The notes beneath the pieces are model-generated. The model made no database searches. It saw only the letters and a list, made by a program, of their open reading frames with translations, and was not told the DNA's origin. DNA of 64,000 nt from NCBI GenBank assembly GCA_010015585.1, contig ML975165.1; one strand, written 5' to 3'. Made by a program: the position numbers and the translations under genes. Positions 48,947-61,654 of this stretch are shown in pieces (the stretch's first letter is position 1; every line of letters starts with the position of its first letter). The stretch is from Eremomyces bilateralis CBS 781.70. Taxonomy: Eukaryota.

Positions 48947-50967
48947 TCAAAGCAGCGCCAAGGAAACGATGCTCACAGCCGTCGCCAACATCACCATCGC
49001 AGCGGGCGACTCCCTCCGCAATGCCCCGGACTCGACCGACACCGGATCTAGCACAAACGGTGGATCATACTCTGCAGGAGTCGACGCATTCACAGTGCCG
49101 TCCCAGCAATACTTGGAAAAGCACTCGTTACACGCCTCCGGGATGGGAGTCTTCGTCCGCTCCCAGCTGCGGTGCAGCATGGCGCAGCCGACGCACACCG
49201 GCCATTGTGGATCGCGGGTGGCGTTGCCCATGGTGGCGACGTCCCAGCCGTTCTGGATGATGGCGTTGCGGTCGGTGTTGTTGATCTCGAAGGTGAAGGT
49301 GGTGATATTGGATGAGAAGACGTAGGGGTAGTTGGGGATGTAGACGATGAGCGGGGAAGGCCCGGTGGTGTTCGCGCTGTCGCACCCAAAGAACGTCGGC
49401 CGGGTGTTCAGGCCCAGGTTGACGAAGGTGACGTTGTCTGGGACAGCGGGGAAGGAGGTACCGGCGGCGATGTCTTCCTGGCTGCGTGCGTAGGTCGCGG
49501 CGGGGGAGGCGCCGTTCGGCCAGGAGTATTCCGTGTCGGCGGAGGAGTCGAAGCTGAAGATGACGTCGACGGCACGGGAGTTCTGGATGAGCGGATGGTA
49601 GGGAATGTTTTGGAGGTCCTCGCCGCCGTCGACAAGAGTCAGTCGCCTGCTGGAGGCGGAGAGATTGGTTTCGTTCTTGAAATTGTAGAAGGGGTTGGGG
49701 GTCCAGTCTGCGATATCATTCTCGTCGTCACCGATGTGGTTGAGGACGCTCTCCGCGAGGTTGACGAGAACCTTAGGGAAGCTGGCGGAGACGGTGTTGA
49801 TCTGGAGGATGAACTGGTTGAAGAGGGAGGAAGATGTCCCCATCACAAACCCGGCGTTATCAAAACCCTCGACACATTTCTCGTCTTTAGGAAGAAATCC
49901 TCCCGAGAAGTTCGAGCCGACGTATTTCAGAGGCACGAACCCTTGGAGGCCGGAATCAAATGACCCAAGTTCCCAAGGATTGAACTCGAAGATGGTGGTG
50001 TTGACGGGAATCAGCTTTTCGCCAGGAGATCGTCCGTCCGCCACGATCAGCGGCAGAGGCGCATTTCCAGACGAAAAGTCCTTGTCCTCTGCAATGGACG
50101 AGAAGGTGACGCCAATACCGCCATCTGGAGCATCAATGAGCTGGTAAGACAGCATCCGACCCCAGAAATCCGTAATGGAGATATTGTATCCAGCGCTCTC
50201 CTTTTCGTCGATAGCCGAATATACGTCACTGGCGTACGACACGATATTGATATCGCTCGGTCCTAGAGCAGCATGAGCGATCCATCTCCCAAAGAAACCT
50301 CCGTCCAATCTCACCTTCCGCAATCGATGCATTCAATTGCCAAACCTTCGAATTCGGCGCGATCGACTTCTCCACCGTGGTGAAGTTATTCGAATACAAA
50401 CTCCCCACCAACCATCCACCCCCGGACAACGCTGACAAATACGTCGCGCTCTGCAGCAGCCCGCCCAACTGCCCCTCCCCCGTCGCCCCCGTCGTCCGAC
50501 TATCCCACGCAGCCAGCATCCCGGCGCCGCACAGCATCGCACGATATCCGCCGCCGGACGCGGCTATCCCGATGTTCGGCAGCGCGGTCGCATCGGTGCC
50601 GACGTTGGCGAGGTAGGCTTCCGAGTCGAAGCCGGGGATGGCGACGCGACGCAGCAGGTCGCGGATGGCGGGCACGGTGGCATTGCGGCGGAGGGGGAGC
50701 CAGTCCTTTTCGGCCTGGGAGAGGCCGTCGGCGTTACGGATTTCGGGGCGGTTGGGCGGGCAGTCGACTTCGGTGGGGACGTAGCCGTTGGGGGCATTGG
50801 AGAGGGCTCGTTCGACCAGAGGGTTTGCTTGTGAAGGGTTAGGATAGAGAACGACAACGGCATGTGGATGTCGTGGATTGGATGCTTCAGTACTTACACG
50901 TGCCAGCAACGCCCTGGGATATTAAGGTCCAGGATAACAGCAGACCTGACAAGCCGTAGAAATACAT
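48947..50967 (-). CDS. Secreted, probably GPI-anchored lysophospholipase / phospholipase B (exons 50967-50898, 50827-50315, 50262-48947)
   Basis: Signal peptide MYFYGLSGLLLSWTLISQGVAG; SGGGYRAML; ALSGGGW nucleophile motif; EFNPWELGS; DNAGFVMGTSSSLFN; LVDGGEDLQNIP; hydrophobic C-terminal tail. Confidence 0.95.
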
Positions 50968-51849
50968 CTTGACGTACTAGACCTCCGCGCAAAGATGCTT
51001 CCTTCCTTTGTTTACAAGTCAAGGAATGGATTGAAGCGAAATAGATTGAAACAGTCAAATGCAGTGGCAGAGCTGACGTCGCTCTCCGTCCTGTACTCTA
51101 TCCAAGCAACGGTCCACAATCCACAGCTGTTTCACAGATCGGGGCTATTAAGGGGTGCTACGTACGCATATTTTGGTGCGCGATGCGGATGGCGCCGCCT
51201 CGTCCCGAATGACACACGTTTTTTCTCCCCGAGTAAGCACTTCATCTCTTTTCTCGACTGAAAGGGTTACAAGCGATAATTAGTGCGCCTTAAGCATTCC
51301 TAAGTCCTAACTACGTATAGTAATAATATTCCTAAGTGGTGGTCCCGCGGATGTACGGATCGGATTCAGGGGATCACCCTGGACCCATGAACCAACCCCA
51401 TGTTCGGATTTCAGCCTCAGACGCCAAATGCTTGAATAGCAAGCTTAAGTAAGATTATAATTAGATGCAGGTCAGATGAGGCGCGGATCGGTGCATGGAG
51501 CTGAAAAGATAGTAATATCAACTGGTATCAGATCACGCAAGCCGAAGAAACTTGATCAATTCATCCCGTGTGAGCAGTCCAGTATTGACGAATCTAGAGT
51601 ATTCCTAACCTAGCCGAAGCGAGTATATCCTGCATCCGAAATTCAAGCACTTTGAAGATCGAGCATCGAAGTCCGTAAGTCATATCGTCCGCAACCTCCA
51701 GACAACCCGAAATAGAAGACCGGCTTGGAGCATCGAAAGGGAATAATGGAAATCCGGCTTAAAAATGCTTCTACTTTGACCATCATGCGATTTGCCCCCT
51801 TGCATCCCTCCCCGTTCGACACGGGAAGCAACAGTCTTGAGCCATCCCG

Positions 51850-54762
51850 TCAATCCTGCCTCTTCCCATGATCCGTCTCCGGCTCCACCGCAGTATAGCT
51901 CCGACTCAACGGCTGCTGCTCATGCCCCCTCCCCTCCTCACTCGTCCGAATCGCCCCGGCACCCACATACCCCGTCCGCGGATCCATCCGCTCCCTCTCC
52001 ACCGCCTCCGGAATATCCGCCATCCCCGCCTCCATCAACTCCACCTCCTCCCCATCGCGCCCCCTCCGCCCAAAGAACCGATTCCGATGGCTCGGCCTTG
52101 CCCGCATCTCCGACGACTCCGTCGGGATCCGCCTTAGGCTTGTCGACCGCCCCACCGACCCCACGTCGTGCGAGCGGCGTCGGCCCATCTCGTCGCCCGA
52201 GCCCGACGGCCGCGACGGCGATGCCGAGGTCACGTTGACGGGGATCTTTATCGGTTGGCGCTCCTCAAACACGTCGCCGGTCCAGTCGCCGCTGGAGACG
52301 TCTTTCATGCCGAGGGAGAAGTCGTAGCGCTTGGACATCTCCGAGAGGCTTTCGCCGCGGCGGGTGCGGGTGCGGGAGTAGTCGGGCGCTTGGGAGCTAG
52401 CGCGGGAGGCCTTCGACGTGGAGCGGTCGGGGGGATTGGAGGGCTCGGGGACGAAGGGCTCGTCTTGGGGGACTTGTTCGCGGAAGCCGGAGGGGTTGTC
52501 AGGGGTGCCGCCTTGGCCGAGATTGGGGTTGGGAACGTGCGGGATGTGTTGCATGTACATCGGGAAGGATTCCTTCTGGCCGGGATACCGCATGCGCGGG
52601 CCTTCGATGCAGAGTTCTTGCATAGAGACCATGAGTGCGCAGATGAACTTGTTGCGGCGCTGGAGGCGGAGCAACTCGTTCTGCCAGTTGGACTTGTAGA
52701 AGAAGACGACGTTGAGCTTGAGGCTATGCGCTTCGCTGACTTCGCGCAGTTCGGTGAGAATCTTGCCTTGGTATTCGCGCTTTTCCTCCTGTACGAAGTC
52801 CAGGAGTCGGGTGCGCAGGTTTTCGATCTGCTCGAGGGTGGTGCCGAATTTGATGACGATCGGCACCGCCTCGGCTTGGCCGCCGGAGCGCCGCTGGTTG
52901 AGGATGAAGAGGGTGTTGAGGTAGCTGTTGGGCGCCTGCACGACCATGCCCTCCATCTTCTTGAACTCCGTGTAGAGGAGGGAGATCTTCTTGACGAAGT
53001 AGTCGTCGCCCTGGCCTTCCGCACCAGTGTTGCCGTAAACGCGGACGCGGTCGCCCACGTCGAACGGATGCTTGACGAAGACGAAGATGATCGATTGCAG
53101 AAATTCCTGCGCGGTGGCGGAGAACAGCCACGACAGAGCCAGGACGGCGGATCCGGCCGAAGTCAGGACACCAGCGGCGCTGGTGGAGATTAGGGAGACG
53201 AAGACGAGGATGGTGATGACGAGAACGATGAACAGGAAGACCGAGTCGAGCTTGCTGACAACGGAGTCGAGATCCTTCAGGGATGCCATAATCGACTTCC
53301 GTTCACGCCCAATCTCCACACACACCGCCTCGAGCTCTTCCATGCTGATATCGCCGTTCATATCCTTATCGAACATCGCGAACGCCGCCTCCGCCTCTTC
53401 CTCAATATCGAACGCGTGTTTGATCTCGTCGGCGCAGATCGTCTCGCATCCGTCGTGGACAAACGTGCGGTACAACCGACGCGCTAAGACCTGGGATCCG
53501 GAGGTGGTATGCAACAACGTCAGGATGACCTGCTGCGGATGGTCGGACGAGATGACTTTCTTGCCCGAGAAGTCTCCGGCGATCTTGCCCGCCACGTCGC
53601 CGACCTTGTTGAGGACCTCCTTGGCGCCCTTCTGGGCCTTCTCGACAAACACTCCCGGCGTTCGTGCGCCTGTCGCGGGGCCGGACGAACGTTCTTCGAA
53701 CTCGGAATCCTCCGCCTCGATCTTCCCTCGCGAGTACTCGTAAAGTTTGGTCAGGCTCCCAATCTGGAAATGGTTAAGTTCGATGCGGTCCTGGTAGGTG
53801 CGGAGGTGGAAGCTGATGGCGATCAACTGGATGATGATCTTCTCGACAAAATTAAGAATCATGCCGACGAAGATCGCGACGAGCACCTTGTTCATCGTCC
53901 GCTCCCAGTCTCGGACCGTCTTATTGCCGTCGATGTGGTGGTTGGCCATGGTCGGGAGGAACGAAATCTCGACCGCGAGCCACCAGAAGAACAGCGTTGC
54001 GGAAAATTCCAGCTCCTGGCCCATGTCCCGCCATTTCTTCGCGTTGTTCGTGAACAAGCTTGAGATCATCCCGATCGGATAGGGGAGCCCCTTGGCGAGG
54101 ATCCGTCCCGCCCACAGGGTCAACCAGACGATCTCCAGCCAGATGCAGAACCACATCAACCGCACTCCCCCGACCGTCGCCTCTTCAAACACGAACACGC
54201 CCAGAAGGAGCGGGATCAGGATGATGAGCACGATCGGTGTGATATAGGTGACATACCGCACCAAAAAATTCGACCCATGAATCTTCTTAAACACCTTCGC
54301 GAAGTTCGTCGACGGGTTCTCTGGCGGCCGAAATACATTCCCCTGATGCACCGGATTCGTACTCACATCGAACTCATCCATCGGCTCCTCCCGCTTACTC
54401 CGGCTGCGGTTCATGCTCTTCCCCCGCCCCAGCTCCGCCTGCGCCTTCTCGTCCTGGCTAACCTGCCGCTCCACCTGCAGCAGCGCGAGGTCGTCATCCA
54501 GCCGTGTCGCGTAGTCGCGCACCTGGCTAGGCGACTTCATCGACGGCATCCGAGAGAACTCCCGTGGGTCGGCGGTATGTACGGTGAGGTAGGAGGCGCT
54601 GCGTCCGCGAGTGGGGGAGGGCTGGAACGGTACGGAGCCGTCGCCTACGGCAGTGTTGTCATCTTCGTCGGCGGGTCGAGGGATGTGGGAGCTGGAGGGG
54701 GGGACGGGAGGGTTGACATTTGTATTGATGGGGTCGAGCCTTTGATTGCTTGGGGTGGACAT
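51850..54762 (-). CDS. MscS-like mechanosensitive ion channel (Msy1/Msy2-type) with EF-hand, intronless
   Basis: Multiple TM segments; EF-hand [13 protein letters not shown]; MscS core [14 protein letters not shown]...APNSYL...ILNQRRS. Confidence 0.93.
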   Translation of the reverse strand: MSTPSNQRLDPINTNVNPPVPPSSSHIPRPADEDDNTAVGDGSVPFQPSPTRGRSASYLTVHTADPREFSRMPSMKSPSQVRDYATRLDDDLALLQVERQVSQDEKAQAELGRGKSMNRSRSKREEPMDEFDVSTNPVHQGNVFRPPENPSTNFAKVFKKIHGSNFLVRYVTYITPIVLIILIPLLLGVFVFEEATVGGVRLMWFCIWLEIVWLTLWAGRILAKGLPYPIGMISSLFTNNAKKWRDMGQELEFSATLFFWWLAVEISFLPTMANHHIDGNKTVRDWERTMNKVLVAIFVGMILNFVEKIIIQLIAISFHLRTYQDRIELNHFQIGSLTKLYEYSRGKIEAEDSEFEERSSGPATGARTPGVFVEKAQKGAKEVLNKVGDVAGKIAGDFSGKKVISSDHPQQVILTLLHTTSGSQVLARRLYRTFVHDGCETICADEIKHAFDIEEEAEAAFAMFDKDMNGDISMEELEAVCVEIGRERKSIMASLKDLDSVVSKLDSVFLFIVLVITILVFVSLISTSAAGVLTSAGSAVLALSWLFSATAQEFLQSIIFVFVKHPFDVGDRVRVYGNTGAEGQGDDYFVKKISLLYTEFKKMEGMVVQAPNSYLNTLFILNQRRSGGQAEAVPIVIKFGTTLEQIENLRTRLLDFVQEEKREYQGKILTELREVSEAHSLKLNVVFFYKSNWQNELLRLQRRNKFICALMVSMQELCIEGPRMRYPGQKESFPMYMQHIPHVPNPNLGQGGTPDNPSGFREQVPQDEPFVPEPSNPPDRSTSKASRASSQAPDYSRTRTRRGESLSEMSKRYDFSLGMKDVSSGDWTGDVFEERQPIKIPVNVTSASPSRPSGSGDEMGRRRSHDVGSVGRSTSLRRIPTESSEMRARPSHRNRFFGRRGRDGEEVELMEAGMADIPEAVERERMDPRTGYVGAGAIRTSEEGRGHEQQPLSRSYTAVEPETDHGKRQD

Positions 54763-56089
54763 GGTGGAGGGGAACGAGGACTATGCCTCTATTCCGCGCG
54801 GGTTTGGGAACCGGAAATGAGGGGAATCTGATATTCGCCCGCGGAGGTGCACGACAATCCCGAAGGCATCAACTCGAAACGTGCCGGTGTTGAAAAAGCA
54901 GGACTTCTGGATTGTAGGATCAAATGATAGCCCGGAACCTTCAATGGAACTGAATTGGTGTCGAATTGGTGTCGAGTTGTCGTAGACGCGATAGAGGAGT
55001 GGTAACACGATCGAGCACGGTGTGATGCAATTAAGGAAACGAGTGAAACGACAAACGGTGATTGACGCTGCAGAGGAGCTGAAGAAACGAGAGACAAGTC
55101 GATAATATTATAGCGACCGGAAATATGACAGCCAGCAGTTCAGAATGTCTGATTACCTAGCAAGAGAACGAGACACCTGGAAATGTCAAAATTCCTGTCG
55201 ATCGGCCGACGGAGGGTCTTAGGCCTTGGGAGGCGACGACATTTTCAACTATTTTTCAGGTCCCGAAGAACCCGGTTCACGGATCTAATGACCCAATAGC
55301 CCAATTAGTTATTAGCATGTTGTTTATTCTAGTGGGCATGACGCAGCGGTTGCAGGAAAGTTGTGCAGACCAGTGGAAATGTTGAATTAATCTTAAGTTC
55401 GGAACGATACCCAAGAGTCCAAGCCAATGCCTGAGTGCCAGAAACCTTAATGGCGGCACGGCAGCAGCTGCGCATATTACTGCATAGGAACTTAGGAAGA
55501 GCTAGGAACGCCCCAACCGTTGAACCACCCAACGGTTGTGCTGTTTCACGGGAAACTCGAACTTCCGATTGCTACTAAGCCTCTACCAATCCTGCCATTT
55601 GCGATTTGTTCAGACTCTAGTATCCCCTATGCAGTATGCACAATGCATTGTCCTTGGAAGTGGATAAAAACAGGGTCGCTGACGTGAATATGGGGTCCGC
55701 TAATCACCTGAATTCTCGCCACCCCCCCTCATTGCGAAAGATCTGGATTGAATCTCCATCCCGTCTCCACCGTATGGCAGATTAGCAGGTAATCACTAAT
55801 ACCACGATTCGAGTTGCCATTTTGGTATGCCACGGCGTTCTGTTGGGAGACACAACATTGTTGACGGTGTCTATGGACGGGTTGGGCCGTGGTTCAGGGC
55901 GGAGAATCGGAGATATCCATCGTTGTATCATTGACTGGACCCGGAATTCGGAAACCTATCAAAAAATCGCTCAATTGATGCATCAATCATGTGAAGTGCT
56001 CTCCATTGCTCCATCCATCACCAACTCCGATCATCCCAGCAGCCAAACATCGCCAATCCAATCAAAACCCCAACATCTCATTCTAGAAA

Positions 56090-57440
56090 TCACCGTCTTG
56101 CCCTCAACACCCGTCCCCCACTCGTCCCAGTAGTAGGCGCAGCAGCAGCCACTTCCCCCCTCTTCCCCGTCCCCTTCCTCCCCCNNNNNNNNNNNNNNNN
56201 NNNNNNNNNNNNNNNNNNNNNNNNNNNNNNNNNNNNNNNNNNNNNNNNNNNNNNNNNNNNNNNNNNNNNNNNNNNNNNNNNNNNNNNNNNNNNNNNNNNN
56301 NNNNNNNNNNNNNNNNNNNNNNNNNNNNNNNNNNNNNNNNNNNNNNNNNNNNNNNNNNNNNNNNNNNNNNNNNNNNNNNNNNNNNNNNNNNNNNNNNNNN
56401 NNNNNNNNNNNNNNNNNNNNNNNNNNNNNNNNNNNNNNNNNNNNNNNNNNNNNNNNNNNNNNNNNNNNNNNNNNNNNNNNNNNNNNNNNNNNNNNNNNNN
56501 NNNNNNNNNNNNNNNNNNNNNNNNNNNNNNNNNNNNNNNNNNNNNNNNNNNNNNNNNNNNNNNNNNNNNNNNNNNNNNNNNNNNNNNNNNNNNNNNNNNN
56601 NNNNNNNNNNNNNNNNNNNNNNNNNNNNNNNNNNNNNNNNNNNNNNNNNNNGGGGCGGGAGGGTTGGTTGGTGGTGGAGGGAGGAGGCCCGAGTTTGGTG
56701 CGTTTTTTGGGAAGGGAGAGGTTGTGGTGGGTGGTGTTTTCTTTGTCAGAGGCGGCCATTTCGGAGCTGGTTGGTGGGTTAGGTTAGTTACGGATTCTGA
56801 GGGGATGGTGGATGCGGTCTTACCTTGGTCTCTTCTTTCCGAGGGATCGGAGGGGACTGTTTTCTTTATCTGCGCGAGCGGTCGTGGAATCTAGCCTGGG
56901 CATCTCGTGGTTCGTGATCGATCGCTCTCCGAGAGGTGCGGGTTTCACGGGCGACGGATTGGCGTATTTGTTCACCAATTCTTCAATGTTGGCGGATCTC
57001 AAGGACTGCGGTACACGGTTGATGCGCATCTCGAGTCTTGATCGGAGACCTTGCGCATGTAACGCGTAGATGGCACGAAGTTTGCGAGCTCGTTCGGTGA
57101 CTGACCGTCAGTTAGCACCGTCGTATTTTAGGATGCGAGACGACTTACCTTCAAGCTGCAGATTATCAATAAGCGCCTGTCTTTGGGCGACAGTAATCTT
57201 CGGATATCTGGCAACATCTCGTTCCGGAGTCTTTTGCTCCTCGCCGGTCTTCGTTGGAACCACCGCCGCTGGTGGAGCGGCTTCTGGGAAGGCTCCAGGT
57301 ATCGACATTTCGGCTACTTCAGTAGGAATCTGGATTCTATCGCGCTGTGGGGATCTCCAAATCGAGGCGCCAAATTGTAAGATTCGTTTGGCGGAGTTTG
57401 TGGTTTGATCCAATAGGTTTTGGGAGGTTGTAGAAGGCAT
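56090..57440 (-). CDS. Borealin/Nbl1-like chromosomal passenger complex subunit (spans assembly gap)
   Basis: Spliced QRQALIDNLQLEVTERARKLRAIYALHAQGLRSRLEMRINRVPQSLR matches the Borealin N-terminal domain; DKEN boxes; beyond the gap a plausible basic C-terminus GGRVLRARR* ends at 56090. Confidence 0.8.
56185..56651. other. Assembly gap (467 N)
   Basis: Run of N. Confidence 1.
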
Positions 57441-58564
57441 TCTGATAGTCGCGATGTCGACGAGCTTTGGTGGGCTCTGCTGTAAACAAACCCAAGCCAC
57501 GTATGTGAGGCGGTGCAAGTTTCAAGTCAGGTGATCAGTTCTGAGTTTGAATGAGCGGCGGATCGTTTTACCGGTCACCGGGATTGGCCGGCGTCGGATT
57601 TCCAACAAAACTCTTCACTTCTGGCAGAGAGTTTCTCTCTTTTCTTCTTTTCTCTTTACTGAACTACCCCTTCATATCCACTCCGTCTTTCGGTTTTAAA
57701 ACGCAGCAATGGGAGCTGGAGGGGAATATGAAGGGCAGATGAAATTTTTTCGAAAAGAAAAGCCAGCCTCTTACCCCTTACAAGTCGCGTCAAGAGACGG
57801 TCGGTTTGCGAGGAAAACAGTTGTTGGTACATCCCCTTGCTTGATGAGGAATCAGTGGCTTGTGTGTGGCGTGTGGCTGGTCACATGACTTGGTTCTCAC
57901 AGTCACGTACACGGTACACCTGCTTCTGATACATGATGAACCGTTGCAAATATGATAAAGTGCACCGTACTCAACTTTAAGCAATATAAATCGATGAAGC
58001 CATGGCGAGACAATGAGATGTCTGGTGCCTGTCCCGATATGAAACTTGGACGGTCCTGCTTGCTGCGTAGGAAGTACTGTAAACAAGAAACTATTTGCTA
58101 CTGTCAACCTGTGCCTTGACTTCGAATGCTCTATGAATTTCCCTCACGAGACCACTCTTCAACTGGGAATATGTATCAAGTGACAGATGACAGCTTTCTC
58201 TGGCCAACCAGCATGCTGCTAATGCAAGAAGTGCCTGACTGTATTGCTGCCCAGCGAGAACCGTCCAGCAAGTCCAAGTGACAATCCAACATTCGCCCCG
58301 CAACGATGACCCCTCCAAGTCCACTTTGCTACATCACCCACATATGACAACTCACTCCCGCTATTCTCTCTCTCCCATTCACCCAACACCACTTCCCTTT
58401 CGCCTCCTCCACCAACCTATTTACTTCAGGACTACTCTTCTGTCCAAGTATCAGCCCTCTTTTCTGATACAACTACACATCGCCATCCCCTCATCCAATT
58501 CGCTTAGCGAACCCCCCCACACAGTTCCAACACTACCCCTCCAAGACACCTCACCACCGTCACC

Positions 58565-59446
58565 ATGTCTTCACGCGGTCGCGGCGGCAAGTTCTCTAAG
58601 CCCAAGCGAGGCGGCGGACGACACTTCAACCGCAACCTTCAGCCCGTCGACAAGAACGGCGAGGCCATCAGCATGTGGGCGGTATGTAAATTCCCCGATG
58701 ACTCCCCCGCTCCCCGCCACTGCATCGTCACCAATCTCCTCCTCCTCCTCCTCCTCCTCCTCCTCCTCCTCCTCCTCCTCCTCCTCCTCCTCCTCCTCCT
58801 CCTCCTCTTCCCACCCTTTCAACCTCCCAGTAAGACAATAACCCACTAACATCATCCCTAGGACCCCGCCGACCGCAAAGATCCCGAAGACTCCGACGAC
58901 TCCTCCGAAGAGGAATCCTCCGAAGAAGAATCCTCCGAGGACGACGACCAACCCCAGTCTGCCATGACCCGCGAGGAGCGCCGCGCCGCCGCCAAGGCCC
59001 GCAAAGCTGCCGCCGCCGCCCGCTCCTCGGGTCGCCCGGAAGTTGGCGACCTGCCCCCGAACTCCTCTGAGGATGAGGACGACTCCGACTCCGACATGCC
59101 AGCGAACCCGAACCACACGACGAGCGCGCGCGCGCAGGCGTCCAAGGTGGCGAAGGCGCCGGGCGCTACGCCGGGCGCGGTGAAGAAGGCGGTGCAGGTG
59201 GCGAAGGCGGCGAAGGCGGCGAAAAAGGGGGAAGACTCGGAGGAGGATGAGGGGCCGGAGGAGGCACGGTTGGAGATGGAGAAGTTGCGGTTGGTGAGGG
59301 AGAGGCGGGAGGCGGAGGGGGCGAGGAGAAGGGCGGAGGAGGAGGAGAGGAGGGAGTTGGAGAAGGAGAAGAGGGAGCAGATGGAGAGGGAGGAGAGGAG
59401 GCGGGAGGCGGCGAGGGGACCGAAGGGGAAGAAGGGGAAGAAGTGA
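58565..59446 (+). CDS. PP28/PDAP1-family acidic-basic phosphoprotein (intron 58682-58861)
   Basis: RGRGGKFSKPKRGGGRHF; TREERR; GDLPP...SDMPANPNH; EKLRLVRERREAE. Confidence 0.78.
58736..58808. repeat. (CCT) microsatellite, about 24 copies, in the PP28 intron
   Basis: Visible perfect trinucleotide run between the GTATGT donor and the ACTAAC branch point. Confidence 0.97.
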
Positions 59447-59928
59447 GGGTTGAATCACTCACCGTTGAAATGCGAAGACCCCTAGCATTGGCGAGGATGG
59501 ATGTACCATCGATTGCATATGGACATTATGATGACTGCATAGAACTACTTAAAAAACGAAGCTTTCGCAATTGCTTTTCAAAATTGATGGAAAACTGGAA
59601 TATCTCGGCTCATACAAGTTACCACACGTCCCAATGATTCCAACCACATAATACGCTCTGCATATTCGTTTTTTACCTCTCGTCTAACATTGCTACAGGC
59701 CCCGCCAGTCGCTGGAGACGATTCATGGCCAAAAACCTTATATCCCACAATAACGACAGTGACAGTGCTCTTCAATGCGACAGTGTCCCTTGCCCGACCA
59801 AAACACGCTGAAAACATCCCATAGACATACATCACATATAATGTTACCAAACACCACGTCAAGAAGGGCGTACCTCCCCTACCAAACAAATCCACCCGTA
59901 GCGTTAACTCTGCCGCTTCCGAACGCAT

Positions 59929-61033
59929 CTACTCCTCCATCTCCCCTCGCTCTCGCCTCTCTTTAATCTCCCGTTCCGCCCTCTGCGTCGTCGTCATCCC
60001 CCTCCTCCCCTCCGCCCCCGGCCCCACCACCGGCGGCGTGCGATCCGCCGTATCGACCACGTTCGCATCGTACGTCATCCCGTCGATCAACCGCGCCTCG
60101 TTCCGCTCGCTCCCCGCCGCCACCTCCCTCCCCAGCGCGCTTTGTCCCGTCTCCCGCAAATGCACCGGCACCACGGCCGCCTTCCCCACCACCGGACTCC
60201 CCACCCCACTCGCCGCCCGCGCCGGCGTCCGCGCCCCCTCCCCAAACGCCACCAACGACCCCCCGTCGCTAAACCGATCGTCCCCCCCGTAATCCCCCAC
60301 GCTACTCGCCGTCTCCCCCATCAGGCTCTTCCCCTCCCCCTCATTCTCGTGCTCCAGGTCCTCCTCGTCCCGCATCTGCACCCCTCCGTCCTCGCTCACC
60401 CGGTCCGTCGTCGCCGTCGCCCCGTCGTCCATCCCCACGTCGCTCCCACTTGCCCACGTCGTCCGCCCCCCAACCGATCCCGTCGCCGACGCGCTTCCCA
60501 CTGTGCTGCGATCGCGCACCATGGTCGGCTCGCCCGCGCTACTGAAGAACGCCACGGTCGCATGGTGCCCAGCGCCGGGACCCGCGTGTGGATGCCCCGC
60601 TCCCGCGCCGCTGGGGTGTGTGGCGGCGGGGAACTGCGCGGGGCTGCCGGCTTGGACGGAGAGCGAGGTGTTGGAGGGGGCGAGGGAGCCGGTGGGGGGG
60701 CGGGCGGGTTGCTGGGAAATGCGTTCGAGGCCGGCGAGGCGGGAGATGCGGTCGGCGCGCTCGGCGTCGAGGGGGGCGGAGGAGCCAGGTTGGGAGGCGT
60801 GGTGGGGGAGGTGGCCGCGGTGGCCGTCTTTGATGGCGACAGTGCTGAGTTCGGACATGGAGGTGGTGGTGGAGGTGGGGGTGCCGCTGTTGGGGTTAGT
60901 ACAAGGTTTCAGGATGGCATGTGATGTTGGGAGCGGTCGAGAGATCTAGGAGAACTTACGGGCCCATCTCCGAGGGAGTGAGCGAGTCGGAAGGCGGAGG
61001 AGGGAGGTTTATGAGCATCGGAGTGTTCGCCAT
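59929..61033 (-). CDS. Conserved Pezizomycotina low-complexity protein, resembling proteins annotated RfeF-like (intron 60887-60959)
   Basis: Spliced LPPPPSDSLTPSEMGPGTPTSTTTSMSELSTVAIKDGH; AERADRISRLAGLER; STVGSASATGSVGGRTTWAS; ARLIDGMTYD. The RfeF name is from memory and unverified. Confidence 0.7.
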
Positions 61034-61360
61034 GATGGTTGTATATCCGTAGCTGACCTTAGCCGGTCCGATCAATGACGTTGATCGACGTTGTTATCGT
61101 GTTGAAAAGAGGATGCTCCAGCCTTCAGACTTCGAATGGTTTACAAAGAGAGGGATGATTCACGATCGGAAATATTCTTAAAGAACCTTTGAATTCCTTC
61201 CTAGCAGTTCTTGTAAGGTGGGATGAGTGAAAGTTGTATGACAGCAGAGCTGAGGGATGTGAGGGAGAGAGCAGCTCATTGGACCCTTTGACCCTTTCAC
61301 GCCGATCCACATCCCCCTCTCCCTCATTGGGAATTCACTGAACTCGAGGAACACTGTGTG

Positions 61361-61384
61361 ACTGCAAGACTGCAAGACTGCAAG
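61361..61384. repeat. (ACTGCAAG)3 short tandem repeat
   Basis: Three exact 8-mers between the POL2 stop and the RfeF-like start. Confidence 0.9.
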
Positions 61385-61654
61385 ATCGCTGGAGGTCGCA
61401 GATATCAGAGTAAGCTTCCTGTACTTGTCCAACAGGTCCGATGGATACAATGACGCGATGAAGAAATGCCTAAGAGTACATGTATGATGTAGGCTAATGC
61501 AGGTACATCGTAAAAGTAAGCTGTAAGACCGACACCCAGACGCCTTCCAAAATGCATTCCCATTTCCAACCAATCCAACCCTCCTGGTGACATGAATGTG
61601 TAACTCCATAGACATGACGACATGAACATTTGCATAGGAATGGGGATCCGTCAA

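Noticed and set aside
52168..53193. 341-aa antisense ORF opposite the MscS-like gene
   Set aside because: Shadow frame in GC-rich coding DNA.
58571..59458. Minus-strand poly-Glu ORF and plus-strand poly-Leu/poly-Ser ORFs
   Set aside because: Translations of the intronic (CCT)n microsatellite; the spliced PP28 gene explains the locus.
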